A stretch of DNA of 64,000 nucleotides, taken from assembly GCA_051313645.2 (NCBI GenBank), contig JBNRSN020000015.1:105524001-105588000 (forward strand), in the 5' to 3' direction. Position 1 is the first letter of the stretch. Every line of letters starts with the position of its first letter. A model generated the notes under the pieces. That model saw only the letters and a program-made list of their open reading frames with translations, did not search any database and was not told the DNA's origin. The translations under genes and the position numbers were made by a program. This stretch comes from Centroscyllium fabricii. Taxonomy: Eukaryota. This document shows, piece after piece, positions 1-10,082 of the stretch.

Positions 1-539
1 GGATGGCCACAAAGGAGACTGCTGTCGTATCTGGTCTACGCAGCATCATAGTGCAAGTGACAGTAAAGGTGCCAGGAAATGGGCGGAAGTTGACTGAATC
101 TGTTGCAGGGCCATCACAAAAAAACAGTTCAAGTAACGAGAATCCCAACTGGCTGTCACTGAAACCCAGCAGCCAGAAAACACACTTGCTCTATCTAGAT
201 TGGAATCAGAAGTAGTTGTAAGTTGAGGGTTAAATGCTGCATACAATCTCCTCGTATTAAGGGGAGAAGCACTGTGGTAAGACTATTGATATTACTCACA
301 CATCATAGAAGGTAGGGAGATAAATGAGTTCCTTTTGAGCTGTACTATGTGATGGGAATTTCTTTGTAATTTTTCAGGATAAGGTAGCAGCAAATAGAAA
401 GGTGAGCTTGATGACAGTTAAGAATTGCAGATGACAAAATTGTTTGGGCCAATTTATTTTGTACATGTGGGCACAAGGAGATTCCTTAAAGGGGCAGCTT
501 AGGTTCTTAGTTGAATGCATTGGTTATGAGTGCCTGGTG

Positions 540-1330
540 CATCTGTCTTCCTGGTGTTTCAGGTGCTACATCCTCATTGTGGCTATCTGCCTCCTGCCCT
601 GTAATTGTTTCCAGATAGGCCTCCTCATTTTCCATGGTTAGGCCTCTTTGTATAACAAATGGATGGAGGCTACAGATGGCGATAATACTGGAGAGCAGAT
701 ATCTAAAGTGCTGCTTCAAGGTGTTACTGGTACATTCAATAATGATCCGTGTTTGCATAAGCCTAGTTGTATCAGTGGTCAGGTTCTATCCTTGACTGCT
801 GTGAGGATGTCATTAACCAGATCTCCCAGGAGCCATCAATGCATTCTCCCTTCAACTTCAAATAACCCTGGCACCATTGATTGGTGCAAAATGAAAACAT
901 TGAGCTGGTGGTCACAAATCAATTGCATATTAGTGGAGCAGACAGCTTTCAGCTCATGCTGACCATAGCATTATAGACAGAGATTTGGATGGTCACGTGG
1001 ATGCCACCAATCACTCGCTATACTTTGGGAAAGCCAGCAATTTGATGGAATTGGACAGCTCTATCATCCTGCTGCTGCTGATCAGTGGGCAAGGAAATGA
1101 AGGTATTGTCCTTTACGAATAAAGCAGCAGTCATCTCTTTGCTGCATCTATGGACAGCAAATTGGCTGTACTGATGATATCTGATTGATATGGGCAATAG
1201 GCCCACTACGCATGTTTGATGTGCAAAGACTAATTAGGTGTGCACCCTCTTAATGGACAATTATGCCAGCAGCATCTATCACATCAAGGCTAACATGCAC
1301 CACCTTAAATTTTAGAATGAGCATTAGCGA
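540..1330 (-). pseudogene. Decayed PIF/Harbinger (HARBI1-like DDE) transposase
   Basis: Minus-strand fragments in the expected order: SQFAVHRCSKEMTAAL..FISLP, FHQIAGFPKV*RVIGGIHV (cf. AGFPxVIGAIDGTH), WLLGD, TRIIIECTSNTLKQHFRYL, IIAICSLH; stops and frameshifts. Confidence 0.75.
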
Positions 1331-1520
1331 TAAGTGAGGGCGATACCTCACTTCCTACTTTGCAGGCCATTTTCTCATGTCTGTACAGAGGTGTAGATGT
1401 TTTTGCAAACAGCAATCTCCAGGCTTATATATGACTACTGTACCTCTCCAAGATGCTAGACAAACAAACACCAGCTTGTGCTGCTCTCCAATCATGATTC
1501 CTTCCTGTGTTGAATTTAAC

Positions 1521-2350
1521 ATGCTCGAATTTCCAAGCCCCGAGGAAATGGGTTTGGAGGCGGGAGTGGTGAGAAAGTTGCAGAATCGGGGGGCAGGAAC
1601 CCATCCCGCCCCCAACCTGCCTCCGTGCCAATGTCCCAAGAGGCGGGTATCAGACCTGTGCTGGGAGCCGCCTCCCCAAGGCGGGAAGGGGATTCGTGCC
1701 AATTAACTGCCTATTAACAGGTAGTTAACAGGCAGTATTTTGCCTAATCCCTATTTTTAGCCCTGAAGGGTGGGCTTCCCGATGGCTCCGAACCACGCCA
1801 AGTTAGCGAGGTGGACCGTCGGTCTGAAGGGGTTGGAGGGGTCGAGATGTCCGTTGTGCAGGTGAGTGTTGGGTGCAGGTGTGCAGAGGTAAGTGTGTGA
1901 GGTAAGTGTAAAGTGTTTTAATAAGTTTTACTTCCCTTTACTTTCTCCTGTAGGCTTCCTCCCTTCAGTTCTCGGGAGTCCCTCAGTTCACCGGCAGAGA
2001 AAGCAGAATGGCCGCTGAACTGTCAAAAGCTGCAGTATTCTGCTTTCTGGTCTGGAGAGATCTCTAACTGAGTCTGAGTAGAAGGACTAAAGTTAGAAGA
2101 CTGATTGTCAGTGTTTGACAGCTTCACAGAGCTGTCAAAGGCTGATTTTTCATCTGTCAAAAGCTCTTGACAGATGAAATGTCAATCACTGACTTCATCA
2201 GTAACCAGATGTCCCTTAATTGGCCTGCTGATTGACAAGGTCAATCAAGGAAAAATAGCGTGGGTTGGCCACAAGTCGATGGAGGCAGGACTACAACCCA
2301 AAACGTGTGAGTCCCGCCTCCAAAAGCTCCCCATTGACAAAATCGAGCCC
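1521..2350 (+). mobile_element. Harbinger-type MITE, family A (copy 1)
   Basis: Collinear with 18195-19029; imperfect TIRs (GCTCGAATTT / AAAATCGAGCCC). Confidence 0.75.
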
Positions 2351-2509
2351 TTGTCTCAATTTTGCAAAATCCATTTGTTTGAGTCACACACAAGCTAGAC
2401 AGTATCTGGTACTGTCAGCCACATTTCCTTATACTCTTCTGATATTATACCCAATACATTGCCAGTGGGGAGATGTATGATTTCTAGATATAATCAACCT
2501 GTTTTGAAA

Positions 2510-2657
2510 GAAAAAAGAACTACTTGCATTTATATAACACCTTTCGCAACGACCAGACGTCCCAAAGCGCTTTACAGCCAATGAAATACTTTTTGAAGTG
2601 TAGTCACTGTTGTTGTGTAGGAAACATGGCAGCCAATATGCACACAGCAAGCTCCCT
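2510..2657 (-). mobile_element. SacSINE1/DeuSINE 3' (L2-like) tail, piece 1; continues at 7461-7485 and 16181-16490
   Basis: CTTGCATTTATATAACACCTTT..CCCAAAGCGCTTTACAGCCAATG..GCACACAGCAAGCTCCC; the element resumes at CTCCCACAAA (7461). Confidence 0.75.
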
Positions 2658-3360
2658 ATTTAAGAAAGGACATACTTGCTCTCGAGGCAGTGCAGAGAAG
2701 GTTCACTAGGTTAATTCCGGGGATGAGGGGGCTAACATATGACAAGAGGCTGAGTAGATTGGGCCTCTACTCATTGGAGTTCAGAAGAATGAGAGGCGAT
2801 CTTATTGAAACATATAAGATTGTGAGAGGGCTTGATCGGGTGGATGCGGTGAGGATGTTCCCAATGGTGGGTGAAACTTGGACTAGGGGGCATAATCTTA
2901 AAATAAGGGGCTGCCATTTCAAAACTGAGATGATGAGGAACTTCTTTACTCAGAGGGTGGTGGGGCTGTGGAATTTGCTGCCCCGGAGAGCTGTGGAAGC
3001 TACTACGTTGAATAAATTTAAAACTGAGATAGACAGTTTCCTGGAATTAAAGGGAATTAGGGGCTATGGTGAGCGGGCAGGTAAGTGGACGTGAGGCTAG
3101 GTTCAGATTGGCCATGTGATCTCCTGGACCAGTTTTCGATCGCCTAGATGGGTCGGAGAGGAATTTTCCTGATTTTGTTTCTCCCAAATTGGCTACTGGT
3201 TTTTTTTAAATCTGTTTTTTTCGCCTCTCCCAGGTGATCACATGGGTCTGGGTGGGGTGGAGAGTAAAAATAAAATTGAGGTTAGGATCAGATCAGCCAT
3301 GATCTTGTTGAATGGTAGAGCAGGCTCGAGGGGCCGATTGGCCTACTCCTGCTCCTATTT
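2657..3360 (+). mobile_element. 5'-truncated CR1 LINE (ORF2 C-terminus 2690-3094 and 3'UTR; tail displaced to 7435-7460)
   Basis: QRRFTRLIPGM..RRMRGDLIETYKI..FFTQRVV; CR1 3' GGCCTACTCCTGCTCCTATTT; CTCCC at both flanks. Confidence 0.9.
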
Positions 3361-3445
3361 CATAGAATCATAGAAATTTTACAGTGCGGATAAGGGCCAT
3401 TCGGCCCATCCAGTCCGCACCGGCCCAGAAAAACTCCTCACTGTT

Positions 3446-6334
3446 CTAACCCCAGTTGCCCGCACCTGGCCCATAACCCTGTATGTTATGGTCCTTCATG
3501 TGCTGGTCCAAGTATTTTTTAAATGTTGTGATGGTTCCTGCCTCCACCACCCTCACAGGCAGGGAGTTCCAGTCTTCCACCACCCTCTGGGTAAAGAAAT
3601 TTCTCCTTACCTCCCCCCTAAACCTCCCCCCCCTGATCTTGAATCTATGTCCCCTAGTGCTTGACTCTCCCACCAGGGGAAACAATGCCCCTTTGTCTAC
3701 CCTATCGTGTCCCCTCATGATCTTGTACACCTCAATCATGTCACCCCTCCACCTTCTTTTTTCCAAGGCAAACAACCCCAGCCTGTCCAGCCTTTCCTCG
3801 TAGCATAGGTCCGCCAGACCAGGTATCATCCTGGTAAACCTTCTCTGCACCCTCTCCAGGGCAGCCACATCCTTCCTGTAGTGCGGTGACCAGAACTGCA
3901 CACAGTACTCCAGCTGAGGTCTCACCAGTGTGTTATACAGGTTTAACATTACCTCCCTACTTTTGTATACTATGCCCTGGTTAATAAAGGCGAGAATTCC
4001 GTATGCCTTCTTAACCACCTTGTTAACGTGTCCAGCAACCTTCAGGGAGCTGTGCACCTGTACCCCCAGGTCCCTCTGCTCCTCGGTCCTATTTAACGTT
4101 TTGTTGTTCATGGTATATTCCCTTACCCCATTTGGTCTACCGAATTGAATGACCTCGCATTTCTCTGGGTTGAACTCCATTTGCCATTTTTCTGCCCAAT
4201 TAACCATTATATCTATATCCTCCTGAAGCCCCTTACTATCCTCATCGTTGTTTACCACCCTTCCGATTTTCGTATCATCAGCGAATTTGCTGATCGTACC
4301 CCCTACTCCCATATCCAAATCGTTGATGTATACTAGAAACAGTAAGGGTCCCAAAACCGATCCTTGGGGGACGCCACTGGTTACTGGTTTCCAGTCACAG
4401 AAGCAGCCCTCTACCATTACCCTTTGTCTCCTATCCCCCAGCCAATTTTCGATCCACTGTGCCAAGTTACCCTGTATCCCGTGCGCTCTAACCTTTGTTA
4501 TTAGTCTCCTATGTGGGACTTTATCAAAAGCTTTGCTAAAGTCCATATACACTACGTCCACAGTACTCCCTTCATCCACCCTCTTTGTTACTTCCTCAAA
4601 GAATTCCAACAGATTGGTCAGGCACGACTTACCTTTGACGAAGCCATGCTGACTGTCTCTTATTAGACCTTGGTTGTCCAAATGCGAACTGATTTTTTCC
4701 CTCAGAATTTTTTCCATTACTTTCCCCACTACAGATGTAAGACTGATTGGCCTGTAGTTGCCTGGTTTGTCCCTACTACCCTTTTTAAACAAGGGTACTA
4801 CATTAGCCGTTCTCCAGTCCTCAGGCACATCCCCTGACGTGAGAGAGGTCCTGAAGATTTGGGACAGGGGGCCCGCAAGCTCCTCCCTGGCCTCGAACAG
4901 CAGCCTGGGGAACATTGCGTCCGGCCCTGGTGATTTGTCCACCTTTAAGCCTCCCAAGATTTCTAGAACTTCTTCCCTTGTAATGGTAATATCCTCAATT
5001 ACCCCCCCTACATTCTGTCCGATTTCGATGTCGGTATCGTCCCTCTCTCTTGTGAATACTGAAGAGAAGAATTCATTTAGTACCTCCCCCACCTCCTCAG
5101 GCTCGACGCACAGCTTTCCGCTATCGTCTTTAATGGGCCCCACCCTTTCCCTCGTGATCCTTTTGTTTTTTATATAACTATAAAATGCCTTAGGGTTATC
5201 CTTGATTTTACCGGCCATTGTAATCTCATGACCTCTCTTGGCTTTTCTTATCTCCTTCTTTAAATCCCCCCTATATTTCTTATACTCCCCTAGTGCCTCC
5301 TCAGTTTTTAGCCGTTTATATTCATTAAAAGCCCCCCTTTTTTTCTTCATTAATTTACATATATCTCGAGACATCCAAGGTTCCCTTTGTTTGTCTCCCC
5401 CACCCTTAATTTTTGCAGGAACATGTTCCTCCTGTATCTTCCCGACTTCCCCTCTGAAGACCTCCCACTGCTCTGATGCAGATCTTCCTCTGAGGAGATG
5501 GCCCCAATCTACTGCGGTTACATCGTTCCTAATTTTATTGAAATCCGCCTTCCCCCAGTTTAGTATTTTTACCCCTGGTCCATTTTTATCTTTCTCCATT
5601 ACAATTTTGAAACTAACTGAATTGTGGTCGCTATCCCCGAAGTGCTCCCCCACTGTTACCTCCTCTATCTGCCCGTCCTCGTTCCCAAGTATTAGGTCTA
5701 GTACCGCCCCCCCCCTTGTAGGTGACCCCACATATTGTTTCAAAAAATTATCTTGGCTGCATTGTAAGAATGCTGAACCATCCGTGCCCCTCACACTTTG
5801 ATTCTCCCAGTTGATATTGGGGAAATTAAAGTCCCCTAGTATTGTTACTTTATTATTTTCACTGATCTTCGTGATTTGTTCACATATCTTATCCTCTACC
5901 TCCCCTTTACTGTTTGGTGGTCTATAATATACTCCCAGTAAGGTGCCCCCCCCTTTTTTATTTTTTACCTCCACCCATAGTGCCTCGTTTGAGGATTCGT
6001 CCATTAGGTCAACCCGCCTAATGGCTGTGATTGAATCTTTAATCAGTATCGCTACCCCCCCTCCCCTTTTACCCTCGTCCCTGTCCCGCCTGAAAATTCT
6101 ATACCCCGGAATGTTTAGCTGCCATTCTTGCCCCTCTTTCAGCCACGTCTCCGTGATAGCTACTATATCATATTCCCATGAGTCAACCAATACCTTTAAC
6201 TCATCCACTTTGTTAGTTAGACTCCTTGCGTTAAAGTATATGCCTTTCATTCTCTGTCCTAAAACTACCTTGTTTTGCTGTCTAGTCTGCTTTCCTTTAT
6301 TAGGTTGTGTTCCCCTATCCATTATACCTTCCAT
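3446..6334 (-). CDS. CR1 ORF2: APE endonuclease + reverse transcriptase (962 aa)
   Basis: NARSL, ITETW, YRPP, GDFN, SDH (EN); [23 protein letters not shown] (RT). Confidence 0.97.
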   Translation of the reverse strand: MEGIMDRGTQPNKGKQTRQQNKVVLGQRMKGIYFNARSLTNKVDELKVLVDSWEYDIVAITETWLKEGQEWQLNIPGYRIFRRDRDEGKRGGGVAILIKDSITAIRRVDLMDESSNEALWVEVKNKKGGGTLLGVYYRPPNSKGEVEDKICEQITKISENNKVTILGDFNFPNINWENQSVRGTDGSAFLQCSQDNFLKQYVGSPTRGGAVLDLILGNEDGQIEEVTVGEHFGDSDHNSVSFKIVMEKDKNGPGVKILNWGKADFNKIRNDVTAVDWGHLLRGRSASEQWEVFRGEVGKIQEEHVPAKIKGGGDKQREPWMSRDICKLMKKKRGAFNEYKRLKTEEALGEYKKYRGDLKKEIRKAKRGHEITMAGKIKDNPKAFYSYIKNKRITRERVGPIKDDSGKLCVEPEEVGEVLNEFFSSVFTRERDDTDIEIGQNVGGVIEDITITREEVLEILGGLKVDKSPGPDAMFPRLLFEAREELAGPLSQIFRTSLTSGDVPEDWRTANVVPLFKKGSRDKPGNYRPISLTSVVGKVMEKILREKISSHLDNQGLIRDSQHGFVKGKSCLTNLLEFFEEVTKRVDEGSTVDVVYMDFSKAFDKVPHRRLITKVRAHGIQGNLAQWIENWLGDRRQRVMVEGCFCDWKPVTSGVPQGSVLGPLLFLVYINDLDMGVGGTISKFADDTKIGRVVNNDEDSKGLQEDIDIMVNWAEKWQMEFNPEKCEVIQFGRPNGVREYTMNNKTLNRTEEQRDLGVQVHSSLKVAGHVNKVVKKAYGILAFINQGIVYKSREVMLNLYNTLVRPQLEYCVQFWSPHYRKDVAALERVQRRFTRMIPGLADLCYEERLDRLGLFALEKRRWRGDMIEVYKIMRGHDRVDKGALFPLVGESSTRGHRFKIRGGRFRGEVRRNFFTQRVVEDWNSLPVRVVEAGTITTFKKYLDQHMKDHNIQGYGPGAGNWG

Positions 6335-6357
6335 CTGGGTCCCCTCCCCCTGCCAAA

Positions 6358-7314
6358 TTAGTTTAAACCCACCCCAACCCGGCTAGCAAACCTTCCCGCA
6401 AGGATATTGGTCCCCCTCTGGTTCAGGTGCAATCCGTCCTGCGTGTATAGGTTCCACCTTCCACAGAAGTAAGACCAATTATCCAAAAAGCTGAAACCCT
6501 CCCTCCTACACCAATCTCTTAGCCACGAATTAAGCTGCTCTATCTTACGGTTCCTGTACTCATTAGCTCGTGGCACTGGGAGTAATCCAGAGATTACAAC
6601 CTTTGGGGTCCTGCTTTTTAGCTTCTTACCTAGCTCCTTAAATTTACTTTGCAGGACCTCGTCCCCCTGTTTTCCTATGTCGTTGGTGCCAATGTGGACC
6701 ACAACTTCTACCTGGTCCCCTGCCCCCCTCAAGATGCCCTGCAGCCGCTCCGTGACATCCCGGACCCTGGCACCGGGGAGGCAAATAACCATCCTGGTGT
6801 CACGTCCGCGGCCGCAGAACCGCCTCTCTGTGCCCCTTACAATTGAATCCCCTATTACTACAGCTGGCACACTAGTTTCCCTCCCTTTCTGGGCAGCCCC
6901 AGCACCCCCAGTGCCTGGAGGTAGGCTGCTGCCGCCCTCCCCTGGTGGGTCGTCCCCCTCCACAGTATCCAAAGCGGTATACTTGTTGCTCAGGGGGACG
7001 GCCACAGGGGTTCCCTGCACTTCCTTCCTCGCTCTGGCCCTCTTCTTGGTGGTCAACCATACTTCTTCTAACTGGTCTGTTTTAGTCTTTGGTGTGACCA
7101 CTCTCTCATACGTGCTATCCACGACCCGCTCGTCGTTGCCCACGCTCCACAATGACTCCATCTGCCGCTCTAGCACCGTTATGCGGTCGGCTAAGAGCTG
7201 CAGATAGACGCATCTCCTGCATACGTGTTCATCAGGGGCCCCGGTTGGGTCCCTGAATTCCCACATGCTACATGTGGAGCATATGACTGCGACGGCCTGC
7301 ACTATGTCTCCCAT
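6358..7314 (-). CDS. CR1 ORF1: zinc finger/leucine zipper + SGNH esterase (318 aa)
   Basis: CSTCSM..CRRC; GDSIVRG, PGA, HIGTND, DGLHL blocks typical of the CR1 ORF1 esterase. Confidence 0.95.
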   Translation of the reverse strand: MGDIVQAVAVICSTCSMWEFRDPTGAPDEHVCRRCVYLQLLADRITVLERQMESLWSVGNDERVVDSTYERVVTPKTKTDQLEEVWLTTKKRARARKEVQGTPVAVPLSNKYTALDTVEGDDPPGEGGSSLPPGTGGAGAAQKGRETSVPAVVIGDSIVRGTERRFCGRGRDTRMVICLPGARVRDVTERLQGILRGAGDQVEVVVHIGTNDIGKQGDEVLQSKFKELGKKLKSRTPKVVISGLLPVPRANEYRNRKIEQLNSWLRDWCRREGFSFLDNWSYFCGRWNLYTQDGLHLNQRGTNILAGRFASRVGVGLN

Positions 7315-7489
7315 TTTTCTCTTAAATCCCTAGTAGACTTAGACTACTCTGTCTCTACTGTATCTCTGCTAAATTATAATAGGTATATATATATAGTTAT
7401 ATAGATATAGTTAAAGATATACTTACCGGTTACGTCTTATGTTCTTATGTTTCTTATGTTCTCCCACAAATAGTAATGTGATAATTAAA

Positions 7490-9020
7490 TAAGATTACAT
7501 AGGATACTGCACAGAAACAGGCCATTCCGCCCTTCCAGTCCATGCCGGTGTTTATGCTCCACTCGAGCCTCTTCCCGTCTTTCCTCATCTAAATCTAGCA
7601 GCATAACCCTTTATTCCATTCTCCCTTGTCCAGCCTCCCCTTAAATGCATCCATACTATTCGCTTCAACCACTCCCTGCGGTATCGAGTTCCACATTCTC
7701 ACCACTCTTTGGGTAAAGAAGTTTCTTCTGAATTCCCTATTTGATTTCTTGGTGACTATCTTATATTGATGGCCTCTAGTTTTGCTCTTCCCCACAAGTG
7801 GAAACATTCTCTCTGTATCCACTCTATCAAAACCTTTCATCATTTTAAAAAGACCTCTATTAGGTCACCCCTCAGCCGCCTTTTTTCAGGAGAAAAGAGA
7901 CCCAGCCTGTTCATCCTTTCCTGATATGTAGACCCTCACATTTCTGGTATCGTCCTTGTAAATCTTCTCTGCACCCTCTCCAGTGCCTCTATAATCTTTT
8001 TATAATAAGGTGACCAGAACCGTACGCAATACTCTAAGTGTGGTCTAATCAAGGTTCGGAACAGGTTTAGCATAACTTCCCTACTTTGCAATTCTGTCCC
8101 TCTAGAAATAAACCCTAGTGCTTGGTTTGCTTTTTATGGCCTTGCTAACCTGTGTCAGAACTTTTAGTATTCCTAGATCCTTTTGTTCCACTACCCCACC
8201 TAGACTCGCACCCTCCAAGTGATAAGTGACCTCTCTATTCTTCCTACCAACATGTAATATCTCACATATATCTGTGTTGAACTTCATTTGCCAATTATAT
8301 GCCTATTCTGCAAGTTTATTAATGTCCTCCTGTAACTTGTTGCAGTCCTCCTCGGTATTGACTATTCCCCTCCAATTTTGTGTCATCCGCAAGTTTAGAA
8401 ATTGTGTTTTTGATTCCTAAGTCTAAATCGTTAATGTAACTTGTGAACAGCATTGTTCCCAGCACTGATCCTTGTGAAACACCACGACCCACCTTCTGCC
8501 ACTGTGAATAGCTGCCTTTTATCCCTACTCTCTGCTTTCTGTCCTAATGCCAGCCAGCAATCCATTCTGTTACCTGTCCCCTGACTCCACATTCTCTGAC
8601 CGTGTTCATCAGTCTATTATGGAGTACCTTATCAAAGGCCTTTTGAAAATCCATAAATTACATCTACTGCATTACCATTGTCTACTCTCTCTGTTACCTC
8701 TTCAAAAAATGCAATAAGGTTGGTCAAGCAAGACTTTCCCTTTTGAAATCCATGTTGACTATTCATTATTATATTTTTTGTTTCTAGATGTTCTTCTATT
8801 TTCTCCATTAAGTTTCCTACCACCAATACTAAGCTGACTGGTCTATAATTTCCTGGACATGTTCTATCCCCCTTCTTAAATATCGGTATTACTCTGGCAC
8901 TATATCTTTTCTAACGAATTTTTAAAATGTATATTAATGCCTCTGCTATCTCTTCCCCAGATTCTTTTAAAATGCATGGATGCAATCTATCCGGACCAGG
9001 GATATTGTGCTCTTTCAAAT
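7490..9020 (-). mobile_element. Decayed CR1 ORF2/3' end (continues at 15613-15645 and 15972-16180)
   Basis: RT fragments [30 protein letters not shown]; ILNNYFASVFTRE near 16010-16060. Confidence 0.9.
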
Positions 9021-9997
9021 TGAGCGAGGAGCGAGGCCCAGAGCCCAGCGGCAGCGCCCGGGGAGCGGGACTTGGAGCGAGGCCCAGAGCCCAGCGGCAG
9101 CGCCCGGGGAGCGGGACTTGGAGCGAGGCCCAGAGCCCAGCGGCAGCGCCCGGGGAGCGGGACTTGGAGCGAGGCCCAGAGCCCAGCGGCAGCGCCCGGG
9201 GAGCGGGACTTGGAGCGAGGCCCAGAGCCCAGCGGCAGCGCCCGGGGAGCGGGACTTGGAGCGAGGAGCGAGGCTTCAAAAGGAGCAGCGGCGGCGGCAA
9301 AGGCCAGACCCGGGGAGCGGGACTTGGAGCGAGGAGCGAGGCCCAGAGCCCAGCGGCAGCGCCCGGGGAGCGGGACTTGGAGCGAGGCCCAGAGCCCAGC
9401 GGCAGCGCCCGGGGAGCGGGACTTGGAGCGAGGCCCAGAGCCCAGCGGCAGCGCCCGGGGAGCGGGACTTGGAGCGAGGCCCAGAGCCCAGCGGCAGTGC
9501 CCGGGGAGCGGGACTTGGAGCGAGGCCCAGAGCCCAGCGGCAGCGCCCGGGGAGCGGGACTTGGAGCGGGACTTGGAGCGAGGAGCGAGGCTTCAAAAGG
9601 AGCAGCGGCGGCGGCAAAGGCCAGACCCGGGGAGCGGGACTTGGAGCGAGGAGCGAGGCCCAGAGCCCAGCGGCAGCGCCCGGGGAGCGGGACTTGGAGC
9701 GAGGCCCAGAGCCCAGCGGCAGCGCCCGGGGAGCGGGACTTGGAGCGGGACTTGGAGCGAGGAGCGAGGCTTCAAAAGGAGCAGCGGCGGCGGCAAAGGC
9801 CAGACCCGGGGAGCGGGACTTGGAGCGAGGAGCGAGGCCCAGTGCCCAGCGGCAGTGCCCGGGGAGCGGGACTTGGAGTGAGGCCCAGAGCCCAGCGGCA
9901 GCGCCCGGGGAGCGGGACTTGGAGCGAGGCCCAGAGCCCAGCGGCAGCGCCCGGGGAGCGGGACTTGGAGCGAGGCCCAGAGCCCAGCGGCAGCGCG
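9021..9997 (+). repeat. GC-rich 46-bp tandem array with higher-order interruptions (CR1 5' end)
   Basis: Unit GAGCGAGGCCCAGAGCCCAGCGGCAGCGCCCGGGGAGCGGGACTTG; variant block GGCTTCAAAAGGAGCAGCGGCGGCGGCAAAGGCCAGAC occurs three times. Confidence 0.97.
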
Positions 9998-10082
9998 GGC
10001 TTTTTTCAAAGCCAGGGGGCAGGGCAAATCAATTGGAACCCGTATATAGGTGGAGCAGTTGCTAAACCAGAGACACTACACT

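Larger units (their letters stand above)
3361..7434 (-). mobile_element. Near full-length CR1 LINE with both ORFs intact
   Basis: ORF1 and ORF2 uninterrupted; (TTCTATGA)n tail at 3361-3375; inserted into the tail repeat of another CR1. Confidence 0.97.

Noticed and set aside
3-215. End of the Harbinger Myb/SANT partner gene converging on the transposase
   Set aside because: Position is plausible but no diagnostic motif is visible
3483-6386. Plus-strand ORFs over the CR1 (and similar ORFs over other CR1/Gypsy copies)
   Set aside because: Antisense shadows of retroelement ORFs
9021-9997. CRISPR-like array
   Set aside because: Head-to-tail units with no unique spacers, no cas genes, vertebrate context
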